Shown in pieces: positions 35,891 to 38,814 of a stretch of DNA of 38,814 nucleotides. The position numbers and the translations under genes were made by a program. The notes below the pieces were generated by a model, which ran no database searches, was not told the origin of the DNA, and was given only the letters and a program-made list of their open reading frames with translations. Origin of the DNA: a bacterium (GTDB lineage: Bacteria; Actinomycetota; Coriobacteriia; Coriobacteriales; Coriobacteriaceae); NCBI GenBank assembly GCA_963611895.1, contig CAVDTO010000002.1, forward strand, positions 1-38,814, written 5' to 3'. How positions within the stretch are numbered: the first letter of the stretch is position 1; every line of letters begins with the position of its first letter.

Positions 35891-38476
35891 TTACATGGAG
35901 AAGGCGGGGACAACACTGCAGGCATTGCAGACGTGACTGACGCCCGGACGGCCGTCCGAGTTCACACCGCCGAAGAGGTAGGAGATGCCGACATACGGCG
36001 AGCGGAGCCACCAAAACGTGGAGTAGTAGCCCGCGGGACGCGAACCAGACCGCGTCTTCCACATGTCCTCGATGGCGGAGTTGACGGTGCTCCAGTCGTC
36101 CTTCGCGTTGACGCCCTTAGCCTTGAACCAGTCATACTGGGGGCCCTCGACCTTGAAGGAGCCATCGCCTATGAGCGTGTTGGCCTCGGAGCTGTCCCCG
36201 AAGACCTCGCTATTCGACAGCAGCCAGAACTTGTCGGAGGTGGCGGAGACCTTCCACTGGCCGGTGCTGTCCGAGGCGGCCGCCTTGCTCACTTCGATAG
36301 CCGCATCTTTAAGGCCGGAGAGGCCCGCCTGCACGTAGCCGTCGTCGCCGAACACCGTTTTGCGCATAGCCGACGAGGCCCAGCCGCCAGCGTTTGTCCG
36401 CTCGGAGTTCATCTGCTGGGCGGTGGGCAGCGAATGAGTCGCCGCGAAGGTCAGCGCGGAGCCGTCCTTGTCGTGGGCGCCCACCTGGATGATGCGGAAC
36501 TCGACGTACTTGTCCTTGCTGTTCGCGTCGGTCACGTCGGACCCGTTCCACTTGGTGTACAGGTGGTACTCGCCCTTCTCCATGATCTTCTCGTACTCGC
36601 CGATGACCGCCGCGTCCCCGGCTTTAATCTTGGCGACGTCGGCCTTGATCTCGGCCTCGCTCTTGTAGACGACGTCGGCCTTGGTCCCACCCTTGCCGTC
36701 AGAGACGGCGTTGTCCAAATCAGAATAGCTGGCATCCGCTGCAGCAAACCAGAAGCCGCCCAGCTCGAACTTAATGGTGAAGGACTTGGAGAGCCCGACA
36801 TCGAGCTCGGTCGGCAGCGCGTAGTTGGAGGCTGCGTCGCCCTTACTCGAAAAGCCCTCCACCGTGACGGTGTAGGCGCCGGCATCGGTCGGGGCCCCTT
36901 CCAGGCCCTCACCCTCAGACACCTTGTAGGCGTACACGGGGGCGAGCTCGTCGCTCCCGACAGCCCCGCCGATGGTTGCGGTCGGGGAATGTTTTTCGCC
37001 GTCATAGGTGTACTCGGCGTCGCCCTTGGGCTTCCAGGTCACCGTCACCGTCTTGGGGCCGATCTTGAAGTTGCCGGCGGCGTAGGAGACCTCGTAGTTG
37101 CCCTGGACGGCGTCGCCTGCCGGGACGATGGCGGCCTCGTACTCGCCGGCATCTTCCACGTCGACGTTGCTGCGGGAGACGGCGTACTCGACGAGGCCCT
37201 CGTCCTCGCCGGCCACCAGGCCGGAGACGGTCGCGGTGAAGGTCGGGTCCTTCTCGCCGTAGACCTTGGTCGCATCGTTGGCGGCGACGGAGACCTTGGC
37301 ACGCTCGACCTCGAAGCTCAAGGTCGCGGAACCCGTGTAGTTGCCCTTGAACTTCACGGTTGCCTTGGCGGTGCCGGCGTTCACGCTGTCGGAGTAGGTG
37401 ACGTCGTAGTCGGTGCCCTGCTCGAGGCCCTCGGGGACGCCCTCGACGGCGGGCTCGTGGGCCTCGCCGTCGTAGGTGAGCATGTCTTCGGCCAGCTTGA
37501 GCGCGCCCGCGTCGATCGCCTGCGGGTCGATGGTGAACTCGAGCGTCTTGAAGCCGGTGTGGCTGCCGATGCCCGTGACGGTCGCGGTCGCGGTGCCGGC
37601 GTCCACGTTGTCCCTGTACTCGACCTTGTAGTCGGTACCCTCCACCAGGCCGTCCAGGCCGGTGATGGCGGGCGTCTTGGCCTTGCCGTCGTAGGTGAAC
37701 TCGGTCGTGCTGAGCCCGACCTTGGAAAAGTCGATGGCCTTGGCGGAACCGTCGCCCTTGTCGTCGGCGTCGTCGGTCTTGCCGTCGGCTTTGTCGTCGG
37801 CGCCGCCCTTGTCGGTGTCCTTGGCGGAGTCATCGGTCACGTAACTATAGGCGACGGTGCCCACGCGGACCTTCTCGCCCTTCTTCCAGTCGGCGGGCAG
37901 CTTGGAGTTTGCGGCCCACTTGATCGTGAGCGTCTTGCCGGGCTCGACGGTCTTGCCGGCCGCGTCGCTGGTCCAGCCGCTGACGAAGCCGTAATCGGAG
38001 ACGACCTTGGCGCCCTCGAGGACGACCGCGGAGCCCGTCTCATTCTTGAGCTCCACGTCGGGAACGGAGATGCTGCCGTCGGCGTCGTAGGTCGCGGTGA
38101 TCTCGGACGTGGCGGTGAAGACACCGTTCTCGCCGCCCGCAAAGGCAAGCGACGTGCCGGCGAAAAGCGTCGCCGCGACGCCCAGGACGGCGACCGCGAG
38201 CGCGAGCGAGGACCTCATCGGCGAGCGCTTGCCCCTGAGACCGACGGCTGCCGCGACGGCGAAGAGCGCGACGCCGGCGACGGCGAGCAGCGCGGCGGAA
38301 GCCCCGTCGCCCGTCCCGGGCAGCGAGACGCCCAGGGCAGCGGCGGCCTTGCCGGGAGCCAGGTAGACGGCGGTGGCCGCCGAGTCCGTCAGCACCCCGG
38401 CCAGAGCATGGTTAACGGGCAGGGCGAGCGTCAGCGCCGCAGCGAGCACGGCCGCAGCGCAGGCCAGCGGCCTCAA
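35891..38476 (-). CDS. Large surface protein: N-terminal LPxTG plus second signal peptide, YDG/MBG-like stalk repeats, C-terminal DUF6273-like domain; natural start probably ATG 38511, out of frame through a G7 tract
   Basis: LPGTG+TM+RGKR at aa 52-84; two TYDG...GTDY...NAGTA-type repeats; MBG-like KVYGEKDP...GNY; C-terminal GGWASSAMR, DKFWLLS, WWLRSP...VVPAF. Confidence 0.85.
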   Translation of the reverse strand: MRPLACAAAVLAAALTLALPVNHALAGVLTDSAATAVYLAPGKAAAALGVSLPGTGDGASAALLAVAGVALFAVAAAVGLRGKRSPMRSSLALAVAVLGVAATLFAGTSLAFAGGENGVFTATSEITATYDADGSISVPDVELKNETGSAVVLEGAKVVSDYGFVSGWTSDAAGKTVEPGKTLTIKWAANSKLPADWKKGEKVRVGTVAYSYVTDDSAKDTDKGGADDKADGKTDDADDKGDGSAKAIDFSKVGLSTTEFTYDGKAKTPAITGLDGLVEGTDYKVEYRDNVDAGTATATVTGIGSHTGFKTLEFTIDPQAIDAGALKLAEDMLTYDGEAHEPAVEGVPEGLEQGTDYDVTYSDSVNAGTAKATVKFKGNYTGSATLSFEVERAKVSVAANDATKVYGEKDPTFTATVSGLVAGEDEGLVEYAVSRSNVDVEDAGEYEAAIVPAGDAVQGNYEVSYAAGNFKIGPKTVTVTWKPKGDAEYTYDGEKHSPTATIGGAVGSDELAPVYAYKVSEGEGLEGAPTDAGAYTVTVEGFSSKGDAASNYALPTELDVGLSKSFTIKFELGGFWFAAADASYSDLDNAVSDGKGGTKADVVYKSEAEIKADVAKIKAGDAAVIGEYEKIMEKGEYHLYTKWNGSDVTDANSKDKYVEFRIIQVGAHDKDGSALTFAATHSLPTAQQMNSERTNAGGWASSAMRKTVFGDDGYVQAGLSGLKDAAIEVSKAAASDSTGQWKVSATSDKFWLLSNSEVFGDSSEANTLIGDGSFKVEGPQYDWFKAKGVNAKDDWSTVNSAIEDMWKTRSGSRPAGYYSTFWWLRSPYVGISYLFGGVNSDGRPGVSHVCNACSVVPAFSM

Positions 38477-38478
38477 CG

Positions 38479-38485
38479 CCCCCCC
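38479..38485 (-). other. Poly-G7 tract between RBS+ATG (38511) and the main ORF; candidate translational phase-variation switch
   Basis: taaggagaaatccATG...gag ggg ggg cgt TGA; G8 or G5 would fuse this start in frame to the 861-aa ORF. Confidence 0.75.
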
Positions 38486-38592
38486 TCAAGCGTTTTCAAG
38501 ATAGATCGCATGGATTTCTCCTTACCCCTTAGCCCGGCTCCGCACGCAAACGCCGAACCCGACACGACTCGACAGAACAGTCTTAAGGTTCA

Positions 38593-38621
38593 ACTTTAAT
38601 CTATGCTGCAGGGGGGGTCAA
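38593..38621 (-). promoter_or_regulatory. Sigma70-type promoter TTGACC-N17-TAAAGT with a C7 tract running from the -35 into the spacer
   Basis: Minus strand ttgaccccccctgcagcatagattaaagt. Confidence 0.6.
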
Positions 38622-38715
38622 TAATGAGCACAAGGCCAAACGTTCAGCACAAGGCCTCAAGCAAAAAAGCCAAACATCCCAAGCAACGCCCCAACCCGAA
38701 CTACGGAATCCCAGC

Positions 38716-38814
38716 AACCGAGTCACGGTAGGCCGGAGGTCCGGAGCAAAGGTCCATCGCGAGTTCCGCACGAGCCGGAGAGCACTTAATGTGCTCTCCG
38801 TGCGAGCAGGACTG
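38716..38814. repeat. REP/REPIN-like structured element, right copy (inverted, truncated by window end)
   Basis: 58-bp exact inverted match to 35606-35663 plus a diverged extension. Confidence 0.9.

Noticed and set aside
1..38814. DGR reverse transcriptase, template repeat, integrase, invertase or transposase in the window
   Set aside because: No RT, tyrosine/serine recombinase, DDE or HUH motifs recognised in any credible ORF, and no AAC-rich copy of the candidate VR seen
35606..38814. Invertible promoter switch
   Set aside because: The inverted repeats enclose promoter, gene and terminator together, so inversion would not obviously change expression; no invertase is visible

Overview
High-GC chromosomal segment, probably from a Coriobacteriia (Atopobiaceae-like) gut actinobacterium; this is inferred from GC3, Tat-lipoprotein binding proteins and gene content. 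It carries two polar amino-acid ABC operons and an MFS/amidohydrolase locus with a degenerate PRD-type regulator. A LacI-controlled rhaB-rhaD-MFS operon has an AraA/FucI-fold isomerase in place of RhaA. There is also a small lower-GC TM2+Fic islet, a HAD phosphatase, an orphan LarE, a secreted nuclease, a GH78 rhamnosidase-MFS-AraC unit and a degenerate EF-G paralog. The most unusual locus is the last gene (35.9-38.5 kb), a large surface protein. It has a C7 tract in its predicted promoter spacer and a G7 tract that puts the best RBS+ATG out of frame. It also has an N-terminal LPxTG plus a second signal peptide, a C-terminal WWLRSP (DUF6273-like) end with the codon pattern expected of a DGR variable region, and ~100-bp inverted structured repeats flanking the whole unit. 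A separate ~147-nt element occurs twice with compensatory base changes. No rRNA, tRNA, CRISPR array, transposase, integrase or reverse transcriptase was recognised. All calls come from reading the sequence by eye; no searches were run.
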